This document shows positions 25,019-38,200 of a stretch of 64,000 nucleotides of DNA, piece by piece. This DNA is from Octopus vulgaris (Eukaryota): positions 12,772,001 through 12,836,000 of the forward strand of contig OX597840.1 in assembly GCA_951406725.2 (NCBI GenBank). Reading direction: 5' to 3'. A program made the position numbers and the translations under genes. Every line of letters starts with the position of its first letter. Position 1 is the stretch's first letter. Below the pieces are notes generated by a model. The model was given only the letters and a program-made list of their open reading frames with translations. It ran no database searches and had not been told where the DNA came from.

Positions 25019-28000
25019 GTAGAAGAAACCCACCTCCAAATTACACTTTGGAAAATTTTAAGAAGGAGTTAATTGACTTTATTAGCAGTATCAAATTTAA
25101 AAAGCATAGGACCATTTTGAACACTCACTTGAATAGTTTAAAAGAGTTCATAAATTCACTTAGGAATGAGGACAGTCTAATTGTACCTGCTGATAAAATC
25201 GGCAATTGGTATAAATTAGACTAAAATAATTACAAATTACTAATCATGAAGGAATTGCATAAAAAATATACGATCACATCTACTGAAAACCTAAAGAAAA
25301 TTAACCGAAAAATAAAGGCAGTAATGACTAAACTGGATCTACTAGATAGGACTGAACCTCTCAAACCTCAGGAGCCATAAAAAAGGATTCCCAGAAAACA
25401 GGAGTAAGATTAATATGTCCAACTAAATCAGATATAGGCAGACTTAGCAAAACTATTCTGGACACAGTGATTCCACGGATTAAACCCCATATTCCACTCA
25501 ATTTATGGATTAATACCGATGATGTTCTAGAATGGTTTAACTCCATTACTGACAGATGTAATCATTCTTTTATACAGTTCGACATAGCAAATTACTATGC
25601 TAGCATCTCCCCTATATTACTGAATAAGTCCCTTATATATGCCTGTAGCCTTTCGCTCGTAGATAGAGAAAAAATTGATATTATACTCTTAGCTAGGAAG
25701 ACAATAATCGAATTTGATGGTAAACTTTGGACTAGATACGATACCCCTGATAGCATCGATGTGGCCATGGGCACGAGCGATTCAGCTCAGGTAACTGACT
25801 TGGTTGGGGCCTACCTGATTAAGAAGCTGTTCTCGGAGGTACCAGATCTTCAGGGGGGTCCATATAGGGATGATGTACTTTTCATATACCCCACTAATAA
25901 TAAGAGTAAACTAGAAAGAATTAGAAGAAAGATTAGCAAATTCTTTAAATCATTTAATCTAAAACTAGAGTTTATGACTAGTACTAAGATAGTTGATTTT
26001 ATAGACGTTACATTAGATATAGACAAAGGCCTTCACTACCCCTATAGGAAACCGGAAGAAACCACTAGATATATTAACACATCATCCAATCACCCGCCCT
26101 GTATAGTTGTTACCACAGTCAAGCAGTCTCTGACAGACTGAGTTATCATCAAACAATAATATCTTCAGTGATTATGCGCATCACTATAACCAAGCCCTCT
26201 CTAGCACTGGGCACCCCCAGAACATCCGTCATCAATAAAACTCCATCACATAAACGAACTAAGGATTCCAGAACCAATCATTTAAATTTAAATTTAAAAT
26301 TAAATGAAATTAGACTAAATAGTTGTAATAAAAACGCAGATTCAACTAATATAAATTCAAATAGGACTAAGAAACAAACAGACAGAAATCGCACCAATAG
26401 AAATTTAGTTAATGAAAACCCTACCGATAGGAGTATCACAGATAATATTAGAAGACACAAGAGTAAAAACGGTAGATTACGTAAATATATATGGTATAAC
26501 ATACCATATAATATAGCGGTTAAGGGTAAATTATGCAAAAAATATTTTCAATAATATGTATTAATTTTCCACCCACTCATAGATATAGTAGTATCTTTTG
26601 AAATAAAACTATTAGGATATCATACTCAACTCTACCTAACATGAGCTGCCTCATAGCTAAACATAATAAAACTAAAATTGAAATAGCTAGTTTAAGAGTA
26701 AATAATAATGATCAATCAAACCCCAACAGTCCAGGAGTGAACATTGGTAGTAACCAAACTAATAACTATAGCCAAGGCATTATCCCTAGAGCTTTGATAC
26801 CTAACCGCCAAGCTGACAACTTAGAGATTACTGATAGTAGTTCCCTAAACAGTGAATTTAACATTGATAATAACTATAGCTACATTAATAATAGTAACAG
26901 TAAATATAATAACATTAATAATCTGGATAGCAAAATTGACCCCAGGTCTTTTTTTTTTTTGTAGACCTTGTACTTATTCTATCAATCTCTTTTTGCCAAC
27001 AGCACTGATTGTCGAGCAATAGTTGGGAACAAACACAAAGACACACACAAGTATTATATCATCAACATCATCGTTTAACGTCCGTTTTCCATGCTGGCAT
27101 GGGTTAGACGGTTTGACTGAGGTCTGGAAAGCCAGGAGGCTGCACAAGGCTCCAATCTGATCTGGCAATGTTTCTACAGCTGGATGCTCTTCCTAACACC
27201 AACCACTCTGAGAGTGTAGTGGGTGCATTTTACGTGCCACCAGCATAGGAGCCAGTCAGGCAGGCCTGGCATCAATAGTGTTCGGATAGTGCTTTTTATA
27301 TGCCACCATCATGGGAGCCAGTCAGGGGACACTGGCATCAGCCACTTTATATATATCTGTAAACGTAATATGTGCAATAGATAGTAATAGCACCCATTAC
27401 AATAATGGAGATAATATTATACCCAATAATTATATAACTAATCAAGATAATGCTACTACTACTATTAATGTGATAACTCAGCCCACAACGAACAATAATT
27501 GCGAATTTAATTTTACTAATTGTAATAGCAATATAACTAGCAATAATAGAGATGTAGGTGATAGATTTAATATCAGTACTAGCAGTAGAAGAAATATAGG
27601 TAGGAAAAACTTAAATAGCACCAATAGAGATAACAATAACAATAGCGAAAACGTTAGTGGAGCTTCTATCTACCATAATAGTAACCTTGACAGCAACCAT
27701 ACCGAAATTATCCGTCCGCGGATTAATAACAGACAGCCGGGAAATGGAAATTTTGGATGCAATTGTCTGGATGCAACAGCTTGTCCCTTACGTGGAAATT
27801 TCTTAGCAAAAAACGTAGTTTATTCCTGTGAAGTAATTACTGAAACGAACACTCTTACATACATTGGGTGCTCATCCATCTGGAAATCTAGGTTTTATAA
27901 CCACCGGTCGTCATTTAGGCTCAAACATAAGGCTAGTAGTACTTCCTTATCATGTAAGATTTGGGAACTTAGGGACAAAAATATCGAATTTAACCTTAGA

Positions 28001-28900
28001 TGGTCCATTATTGGATCGGCTGCGGCTTATAAAAATGATAAAACAGGTTGCCAGCATATGTTGCATAGAACTTCTAAGAATCATTAGATTCAAAGATAAA
28101 AACAAACTAATTAATAAAAGATCTGAATTTAAACCATCGTGCATGCATAAATTAACTAAAACCTTTAAATATTATAAACCTTAATTTTCCATTGTAATAT
28201 CTTCATAATCATTTCACATTGGAATTTCAATAATCTACTACTCAGGTATTAGATTAACTACTCATGGACTTACCCCAACAACTCTATCCCCGGATAGTAT
28301 GCACATACCATTCAATCGGGAAAATTTATACTTTTATACTTACCTATGCGTATCTAAATGGAACATAGATAAATAATCTAACCATGGTCTCTATAATTTA
28401 GCATATAGCTTCATTAATATCTTTACTAATATCAACATTAGACGAGTAATATCGGGTAATAAATACCTAGAAACTTTTAGCTTCTCACTTCCCCTAACAA
28501 TACAAAAATCTCTCGAACCAATGTAGTTTTACATTCAATATTACATTGTAATACTGTAACAATATTGTTATCACCAGTATTTTTCGATTATTCTTTCCAT
28601 TATAATCTTTGCTTCTGTACTTTGATGTACTTTTTGCTTATTTAACGTATCTTTCTCACCTTTCTTATTTTTCCTTTTTTTCCTATCTTTTCTGATATTA
28701 TTTTTTTTATTTTACTTTTATTTTTATTTTTATATTTTTTATTTATATTTTTTATTTTATTTATATTTTATTTATCTATTTATTTATTTATTTTTCTTTT
28801 GCCTTTTTTCTAATTTTACCGTATTTTTTATTTTTTTCTAATTTTATCATTTATTTTTATCTTTACATTTTAATTATTATTAACTTGTTAATTAATTACA
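25019..28900 (+). mobile_element. Penelope-like retroelement, near full length, degenerate (RT, Asn-rich linker, GIY-YIG, 3' UTR)
   Basis: LIVPADK, RLICPTKSDIGRLSK, FIQFDIANYYASIS, GPYRDD, DFIDVTLD, YINTSSNHPP, CNCLDATACPL, VVYSCEV...TYIG, RFYNHRSSF; interrupted by SINE/RTE pieces at ~26932-27378. Confidence 0.9.
26932..27350 (-). mobile_element. SINE family 2 fragment plus RTE-type 3' end inside the Penelope copy (absent from unit B)
   Basis: Unit B reads ...ctggatagcaatagcaacattgaaatagctagtaatagcacc uninterrupted at ~54308-54350. Confidence 0.75.
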
Positions 28901-29049
28901 ACTGTTACATCCCCAAAATCAAGATAGATATTTAGAAGGTGTGATACATTTGCGTGTGTGTATGAATGAATCCACGGGTGTGTATGTATGAAGATTTATA
29001 CATAGTGTGATTCGCATGTTTGCATGCATGAGCGTATGTACGAGTTGAA

Positions 29050-29078
29050 GTGTACACACACTCACATATATGTATATG

Positions 29079-29122
<44 letters not shown>

Positions 29123-29198
29123 TGTATGTATGTGTGTGCATGTATGTGTGTGTGTATGTAGATGTGTGTGTGTATGTGTGTATATACATATATATATA

Positions 29199-29229
<31 letters not shown>

Positions 29230-29575
29230 GTATATGTGTATATGTTTATTTTTATGTATGTGTATATGGGGGTGTACATATGTGTATATATGTGTATGTG
29301 TAGGTATGTATATACGTATGCATGTGTGAGTGTATGTATGTGTATGTATATGTGTGTATGTATATATGTGTGTGTGTGTATGCATATGTATGTGTATGTG
29401 TGTATATATGTATATATATATATACATGTGTGCTTGTAAATTCGGGAATGTATAGATATGTGGATATGTACATGTGTGTGCATGTATATATACGTATATT
29501 TGTATGTATATATGTGTTAGGTATGTGTAGGTGTACATTTGTATGTGGATGTGTATATGTGTATGGGTATATGTA
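29050..29575. repeat. Compound (TG)n/(TA)n/(TATG)n microsatellite
   Basis: Directly visible. Confidence 0.95.
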
Positions 29576-29597
29576 AATTAATAAATTAAATAAAACA

Positions 29598-30075
29598 TAG
29601 CGTAGGAGTGGCTGTGTGGTAAGTAGCATGCTTATGAACCATATGGTTCCGGGTTCAGTCCCACTGCGTGGCACCTTAGGCAAGTGTTTTCTACTATAGC
29701 CTCGGGCTGACCCGTCGTATATATGTATATATATATATGCGTGTGTGTGTTTGTGTGTCTCTGTTTGTCCCCCTAGCATATATATATATATATATATATA
29801 TAATTATAGGCGCAGGAGTGGCTGTGTGGTAAAGAAGCCTGTCGTATGTGTATGTGTGTGTGTTTGTGTGCCTGTGTTTGTCCCCCTAGCATTGCTTGAC
29901 AACTGATGCTGGTGTGCTTATGTCCCCGTCACTTAGCAGTTCGGCAAAAGAGACCAATAGAATAAGTACTGGGCTTACAAAGAATAAGTCCCGGGGTCGA
30001 TTTGCTCGACTAAAGGTGGTGCTCCAGCATGGCCACTGTCAAATGACTGATATAAGTAAAAGAGTAAAAGAGTAT
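29598..30075 (+). mobile_element. Two internally deleted SINE family 2 copies in tandem
   Basis: Two GCG(C/T)AGGAGTGGCTGTGTGGTAA heads (29600, 29810), one complete tail. Confidence 0.8.
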
Positions 30076-30816
30076 ATATAAATGAAATAATTGAGATTCA
30101 GTTGAATTGGGTACTTAAGTTGAATCCCTAAGTCAGACCAGCATTATCCACACAGCCAAAAGTAAGGTGAATAAAATAAAAATAAACAACAGGATTCTAT
30201 GGAATCTTTTTTTTTAATGTTTATAATTGACATATACCCACCTTTTACCTATTTAGGTTATGATATCAATTTTAAAATTTTATTTTGATACAACATGACA
30301 ATATTGCTTATGAACAATCAACCATAGTGCCCCTAAATAAAATTTCCTCTGTATTTACATCTTAGGTTTCTTAGCATCTTGCCCCTTTAACTGGTAATTA
30401 ACATCATGATTTAAAGTCTGCCCCTACATGCCTCGTTTTATAGACAGTTCCTTATATCCAATTAACTACTCCTAATGTCTTATTTCTTCCCGGGGGGGGG
30501 GAAAGGGTTACATATGATAATATTTATGACTACACCTAGCCATTAGTTGTCAATTCACTCTTGTCCTTTATTCAAAATAGACACATACTTCAAGTCTTAG
30601 ATTTAGTAGTTGATAAAGAGATAAATGAATTAGAAATGAATTACAACACTTACAACACTATGACCTCATTATGCTCCGTGCAATTCCTAGAAGTTGTTGT
30701 CTATTCTTAGCTACAATAGTGATGACATGAATTTCTTCCATCTTCTTACTCTGTTAAAATATTTAAGAAAAATTATATTAATGTGTCCTACTTGTTAAAA
30801 TTCCATTCATTTATTT

Positions 30817-30904
30817 GTACAGCTGAAGATGGCATTACATTAAAATTGATGTACTGATTGTATTGTTAAATTAAATGGAGCTGCTTGAAACAGTCGTACT
30901 GCAT
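30817..30904 (+). ncRNA. Degenerate type I hammerhead-like motif
   Basis: GTACAG-CTGAAGA-TGGCA...TGCTT-GAAAC-agtc-GTA^CTGCAT; core intact, stems I and II mismatched. Confidence 0.4.
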
Positions 30905-30949
30905 CACTTGATATCCTGTTGCATATTTTGATTATATGTGTGTGTGTGT

Positions 30950-31165
30950 ATCTTTTATCTTTTACTTGCTTCAGACATTAGACTGTGGCCATACTGGGGC
31001 AGGGCCTTGAAGGGTTGTAGTCAAACAAATCGACCCCAGTACTTAGTTTTTCCCAAGCCTGGTACTTATTCTGTCAAACTCTATTGTTGAACTACTAAGT
31101 TATGGAGATATAAACACACCAACATCGGTTTTCAAGCAGTGGCAGGGAACAAAGACAGGTATAAT
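30950..31165 (-). mobile_element. SINE family 2, 3' half
   Basis: Reverse-complement tail and body, followed by (CA)n. Confidence 0.75.
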
Positions 31166-31173
31166 GATGCACG

Positions 31174-31252
<79 letters not shown>

Positions 31253-31254
31253 CT

Positions 31255-31850
31255 GACCATGATGTTAGCAAAGCCATGGAACACATTGTCAGAAGGAAGA
31301 TGATCACATTCTTTGAAGAAAATATCTTGCTCACTAACATGCAGCATGGCTACCCTTTAATAAGAAGCTCCCTTACATAATTAATCGCATATTCGAACTG
31401 GCAGAAACGTTAGCACGCCGGGCGAAATGCGTAGCCGTATTTCGTCTGCCGTTACGTTCACTTGTATCACAGGGAAACTAGGGACATGGCTGCATTCCAG
31501 AAAGTCATTGTAAAGGGATCCCTAGCCAGGGAACTGTATGAGGATCACTGCTGTTCATAGAGGCTCTCCCATCCGTTCTCTCAGTCAGACAGTCTAACCA
31601 GCTCTGCTGATGATATCTGAGTATTACAAAGTCTCAAGGACTACAGAATGATAGGAATGTAATATACAAATGGTCTGAAGAAAGCAACATAAAGCCTAAT
31701 GCTTATAAATTGCAAGCATTTTGATATCACCCTACTGATTCCACTTGGAATGCACAGGAGCAGGGAGTATTGCAATCCCAAACTTAGAGTCAGTGCTTGA
31801 CTTGGGAATCCACTTGAGTGGCAATGTGTCTTTCTGTGGGAATATTACTA
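31255..31850 (+). mobile_element. Old CR1-group LINE RT remnants with a SINE family 1 head inserted (~31396-31460)
   Basis: Similar to 44066-44640 (gctgatgat = ADD; GSIAIPNLESVLDLGIHLS vs GGIAIPEAQSVRDLGIYMS). Confidence 0.55.
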
Positions 31851-32477
31851 AGGCACATATACTTACACACATATACAGAAGTTACCATACACAGACACAC
31901 ACACACTCACTTGCTCTCCCTTCAGACATTGCTGTTGGGCTGTTATGGTGAAACATTCTCTAAAGTGCATCAAAAACAACAGAACACTATTTTTATTAAA
32001 TTCTTTATTAAAGTTCAGATCACACAAAAATCAACATTTTACTCAAATTTTATGGTTACATGGCAGTTTAGAACAACATTATCTTACCATTAATAACAAA
32101 CTTATAATACTGAAAATAGGTTCCAGAGAGGAATATTGCTAACAAAATATGTTAGTACTAATTAAATCCATTTGTTACCAGATTTCTTTTAAGATACAAA
32201 AATTATGAAGAATTTAGTCAAAGTAACTTTGTCGTTATGAAACTGGCATTTCAAACATACATTAACGCAAATATTTCATGGAAGATTTTAATTGAAATCA
32301 CTTTAAAACAGGCAGCTTTTATCATAGAATCAGGGTTACTCTCAGGTGGGTTAGTATTAAAAGGGTTAGTAGGATTTCATTAATATCTCTTATTAATTGT
32401 CATTGAAGGGCTGAAAGTTAAACATTCAGCTTCCAGCTCTGGCCTATCACATTGTGCCATATATACATACTAAGGAC

Positions 32478-33479
32478 TCAAATTTTCCATTTATGTATAC
32501 GTTCCCTATAGACATCAATTGAGCCAAATTCTTCATATTCTTCTTTTGTAATCCACAGATCATCAGTGGGAGGTCTACTAGCCAATCTAGAACCCCCAAT
32601 CCATGGAGAGTATTCACGTTCTGGTAGAGCAATGATATTAACTTCTGTGTTAGGTGGTGCCAAGGCACTGATTTCCTTTTTCATACGCTCAACAAAACCT
32701 GGAAACATTGTTGAACCACCAGACAACACAATGTTGGCAAACAGATCTCTCCTAATTTCCTCATCACATTTCATGATTGAGTTATAAGTTATTTTATGAA
32801 CACCATCAAAAGGGTTGAAAATAGCTTCTGGGACTCGAAATCGTTCATTGCCAATGGTAATGATTTATCCATCAGATTGTTCATGACTCTTTTCCAAAGC
32901 TTTAGAAGACTTTGCTGCCTGCATTTCTTGTTCAAAGTCTAGAGCAACATAGCAGAGCTTCTCTTTGATGACATTTAACGTTCTTTTGTCTGACATTGAG
33001 TTACCAAACATGTAGCCACGTTCAGTCAAGATATTTTTAAGGTTATCTCTCAAGGCAAGACCAGTAATATTCTGATGCTGGCAGAAAGTAGCTCCTTTTA
33101 TAGTTGAAGCTCCATAAATAGGGACAACTTGGGTGATACCATGGCCTACATTCACAGAAATACCTGTGACACGGCCAGAATCAAAGAGGGACAAAGCAGC
33201 TTGATTAGCCACCATTACTGCACGAACTTCAAACTTTTTAAACATAATTTTAACCATTTTCTCTCTGTTTTTTTCAGAGTTACCAACAGGCTCAGTCAAC
33301 AAGACAGCAGAGTCTTCGGCTGCAACGTTCAACTCGTCGAATGCATGTTGCCAGATCCTCTCCATATTACCCCAGTCAGTAATAAGACCATGTTTAATGG
33401 GATTCTGCAAATTAGGCAAAGTTTTATCCTTTTCAGCTTTCTCTCCAACAAGGAATTCGGGGTTTGGTCCAAGATAACT
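32478..33479 (-). pseudogene. Divergent actin-like gene B, exon 2 (333 codons plus terminal stop) with one in-frame TAA at 32865-32867
   Basis: Acceptor ttgcag| then SYLGPNPEFLVGEKAEK...PIKHGLITDWGNMERIWQH...VLLTEP...NQAALSL...IKEKLCYVALDFEQEM...[15 protein letters not shown]...[28 protein letters not shown]...WIGGS. ORFs 32865-33500 and 32478-32774 are in one frame. Confidence 0.9.
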
Positions 33480-33642
33480 CTGCAATATAATAAATGACAA
33501 TAAGAATTCTAGAAACTTAAGTCAATAAAATTTTTTACAAGATAGAAATAATAGAAAGAATTACACAAACAATGAAATTTTCATAATCAATCCTATAATA
33601 TTCTATAATCAGTCCTATAATATCCTATAATTAATCCTATAA

Positions 33643-33983
33643 TCTCTATATATATAAAACTGAGAATGTGTGTGTGTGTGTCTGTCTGTCTGTCCGTCCG
33701 TCTGTCTGTGTGTTTCCCTAAAACTTGAGAACTACACAACCAATTTCATTCAAATGCCTTACTTAGGGTCTGGGGAGTGTCATTGCAAGAGACGAGCCGA
33801 CAATTCCAGTCTGTTATATATTTTGAGTATTGTTATCACTGGTGATATCAAAATATAACTTTGTATTTTGTATTTTATGTGTAGATGTATATATATAGAA
33901 GTACATGTAATATGTACACATATATATAGACATATATACATGCACTAGAAATATGACCCGGCAACGACGGGTCATAATGCTAG
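33643..33983 (+). mobile_element. Helitron-like element (duplicate of 217-568)
   Basis: A|TC start, hairpin ATGACCCG...CGGGTCAT, CTAG|T end. Confidence 0.75.
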
Positions 33984-34196
33984 TATCCTATAATTAATCC
34001 TATAATATCCTACAATTAATCGCATCATATCCTATAATTAATCCTATAATATCCTATAATTGATCCTATAATATCCTATAATCAATCCTATAATATCCTA
34101 TAATCAATCCTATAATATCCTATAATTAATCTTATAATATCCTATAATTAATCCTTTAATATCCTGTAATTAATCCTTTAATATCCTATAATCGTA

Positions 34197-35225
34197 TCTA
34201 TAAAAGTGTGGATGTGTGGGCGTGTGTGTGTGTACGTGATAGTAATTTATGTACGTCCACAAATTAGCACGCATGTAGCTCAAATTTTAGGACATTTGTC
34301 AACACCCTATCTGGGTTTTGTCAACTTATTTATTTCTCTGAGGGATCCGTGGGTAGCGTAAATATCTAATTTCAGACATAGCTTTAAGCAACAAAAAATA
34401 GCAACGAACTTAGCTTTTTTGCCAGCGTCTAACAAAAAAATAAGATAAAGAAAAGTGGAAGAAGGAGGCAGAGAGTTTCATGGGAAAGACAAGGTGAGAG
34501 AGGGAGAGAGAGAGAGTAAGTGACCACATTCATAAAAAATGGAATGTAAAATGTTTTGTTTTTTATTTTTGAAATGCACACTATATTTTATAATCATCGT
34601 ATATATACTTTCTTACACAACAATTACAATATATTTATTTTAAATCATTTATTTATTTTAAATCGTTCATCTTTCTCCCCTCTCTCTCTCACACACATTA
34701 GTTTGGGTGCGAAAGAGTTTTGTTTTTATTTTATGCCAAGAAAACAAGTGTTTTGTTGACAATCCATATATTTAACAACAAAGAAACAAAGAGGTGAGTA
34801 ACAATTTGTCAGTGAATTACTCAATATAAATGGGTACAATTTGCCAGGCTTCCACCACAACCCACTCTGTTTCACAGACCACAAAAAGGGTTTTGAGGCC
34901 AGAGTAGTTGATTCCACGCAAAAAAAATTTATTCAATAATTTTTCCATTCATTTCTGTTTATCAACATGTATGCATGCAAAAAACATGCAATTGGTCTAC
35001 ATACGTATGTGTGTGTATGTGTAGTCGTGTCTATTGCCCATATATATTTATATTATATTATATATATATATATTCAATATATATATAACATATATTTCTT
35101 GTAACTAATTTCAACGGATTTCGCCCAAATTGACGTCTATATTACATAGTTTCATTTGAAAAAAAGAACTTCATTAGCTTAATAATCATGCATTAATCAA
35201 GGGCAAGGCCAGGTTATACAGCTAG
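34197..35225 (+). mobile_element. Helitron-like element (duplicate of 782-1780)
   Basis: TCTATAAAAG start, CTAG|T end. Confidence 0.7.
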
Positions 35226-38200
35226 TCAATACTATGATATATCCTATAATCAATCATGTAATATCCTATAATCAATCTTATAAAATCCTATAATTAATCC
35301 TATATCCTATAATTAATCCTATAAACAATCCTATAATATCCCATAATTAATCCTATAATATCCTATAATTGATCCTATATGATTGTATAGTCAATCCTAT
35401 AATACACTATAATCAACCCTATAATAGTCTATAATTAATCCTATACTATCCTATAATCGATCCTATAATAACTTTTAATCAATCCTATAATATCCTATGA
35501 TTAATCCTATAACATCCTTTAAGAGATCCTATAATATCCTATAACACCCTGTAATCAATCCTATAATACCCTCTAATATCCTATATTTAATCCTATAACA
35601 TCCTATAATATTCTATAATCAAACCTATAATATCTTATAATTAATCCTGTAATATCCTATAATTAATCTTATATTATTCTATAATTAATCCTATAATATC
35701 CTATAATCAATCTAATCAAATACTATAATTAATCCTATAAAATTCTTCAATTAATGCTATAATATCCTATAATGAATCATAAATTTCCTATAATAAATTC
35801 TATAATACCCTGTAATCAATCCTATAATATCCTATAATCAATCCTATAATATCCTATAATTAATTCTATAATACCCTGTAATCAATCCAACAAAATCCTA
35901 TAATTAATCCTATCATATCCTATAATTAATCTATAATATCCCATTATTAAGTAATCCTAAAAGACCCTCTAATCAATCCTATAATATCCTATAATTAATC
36001 CTATAATATCCTATAATTAATTCTATGATATCCTATAATTGATGCTATAATTAATCCTATAATATATTATAATTAATCCTATAATATCCTATAATTAATC
36101 CTATAATATCCTATAATTGATCCTATAATACCCTGTAATCAATCCTACAATATCCTATAATAAATCCTATAGTATCCTATAATAACCTATAATCAATACA
36201 ACAACATCCTATAATTAATCCTATAATACCCTGTAATAAATCCTACAATATCCTATAATTAATCCTATGATATCCTAAAATTAATCTATAATATCCCTAG
36301 AATTAATCTTATAATATCCTATAATTAATCCTATAATATTCTATAATTAATCTTATAATATCATATAATTAATCATATAATATCCTATAATTCATCCTAT
36401 AATATCCTATTATTAATCATGTAATATCCTATAATTAATCCAATAATATCCCACAATTAATTTTATAATATCCTATAATTAATCCTATAATTATCCTATA
36501 ATATGCTATAACTAATCCTATAATATCCTATAATTAATACTATAATATCCTCTAATTAATCTTATAATATCCTATAATTTATCCTATAATACCCTATAAT
36601 TAATCCTATAATATCCTATAATTAATCTTATAATATCCTATAATTATTCCTATAATATCCTATAATTAATCCTATAATATATGATAATTATTCCTGTAAT
36701 ATCCTTAAATTAATCCTATAATATCCTATAATTAAGTTTATAATATCCTATAATAAATCCTCTAATATCCTATAATTAATCTTATAATATCCTATAATTA
36801 ATCTTATAATATCCTATAATTAATCCTATAATATCCTATAATTAATCTTATAATATCCTATAATCCTTTAATATCCTATAATTAATCTTATAATATCCTA
36901 TAATTAATCCTATGATATCTTATAATTAATGTTATAACATCCTATAATTAATCCTATAATATCCTAGAATTATTCCGATAATATCATATAATTAATCTTA
37001 CAATATCCTATAATTAATCCAATAATATCCTACAATTAATCTTATAATATCCTATAATTAATCCTATAATTAATCCTATAATATCCTATAATTAATCCTA
37101 TAATATTCTATAATTAATCTTATAATACCCTGTAATCAATCCTACAAAATCCTATAATTAATCCTATAATATCCTATAATTAATTATAGGATTTTATAGG
37201 ATTAATTATAGGATATTATAGGATTAATTAGAGGATATTATAAGATTAATTATAGGATCTTATAAGATTAATTATAGGATATTATAGGAATAATTATAGG
37301 ATATTATAAGATTAATTATAGAGTATTATAGTATTAATTATAGGATATTATAAGATTGATTATAGGATATCATAGGATTAATTATAGCATATTATAAGAT
37401 TAAATATAGGAGATTATATGTTTAATTATAGGATATTATAGGATTTTTTATAGGATATTATAAACTTAATTATAGGATTTTTTCAGATTATTTATTGGAT
37501 ATTATAGGAATAATTATCGGATTTTATAGGATTAATTATAGGATATTATAAGATTAATTATAGAATATTAAAGGATTAATTATTGGATATTATAGGAATG
37601 ATTATAGGATATTATAGGATTGATAACAGGGTCTTTTAGGATTATTTAATAATAGGATATTATAGATTAATTTTAGGATATCATAGGATTCATTATAGGA
37701 TATTGTAGGATTGATTACAGGGTATTATAGGATTAATTAAAGGATGTTGTGGTATTGATTATAGGTTATTATAAGATTAATTATAGGATATTATAGGATT
37801 AATTATAGTATTAACTATAGGATATTATAAGATTAATTGTAGGATATTATTGGATTAATTATAGGATATTATAAGATTAATCATAGGATTAATTATAGGA
37901 ATGACAATTGGATATTATAGGATTAATTATAGTTTATTATAGAATTAATCATAGGATATAAGATTAATTATAGGATATTATAAGAATAATTATAGGATAT
38001 TATAGTATTAATTACAGGATGTTATAATCTTAATTATAGGATATCATATTATAGGAATAATTATAGGATATTAAAGGATTAATTATAGAGTATTATAGGA
38101 TTAATTATAGGATATTATAAGATTAAGTATCGGATATCATAGGATTAATTAGAGCAAATTATAAGATTAATTATAGGAGATTATATGTTTAATTATAGGA

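Larger units (their letters stand above)
1..28015. repeat. Segmental duplication unit A (paralogous to 33429-54947)
   Basis: Colinear shared blocks: 1-15522/33429-44168, 17055-17190/45541-45676, 22200-22490/46945-47250, 22790-24155/49105-50430, 24208-24570/51354-51715, 25015-28013/52395-54949. Some 300-bp stretches are identical by eye (e.g. 12841-13140 vs ~41459-41758). Confidence 0.92.

Noticed and set aside
25467-28087. Active or domesticated reverse transcriptase gene
   Set aside because: Multiple stops and frameshifts in both duplicates; ordinary decayed Penelope element.
32865-32867. Rescue of the UAA stop by A-to-I editing
   Set aside because: Both As must be edited to give Trp (single edits remain stops) and no local duplex is evident; unsupported.
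32478-33479. Specific latrunculin-resistance adaptation (Y69, D157, R183, T186, R210 positions altered)
   Set aside because: The protein is divergent throughout, so these changes cannot be told apart from general divergence by eye.
33480-33500. MSFIILQ start of ORF 32865-33500
   Set aside because: Intronic; actin similarity begins after the AG acceptor and a proper exon 1 exists at 49921-50034.
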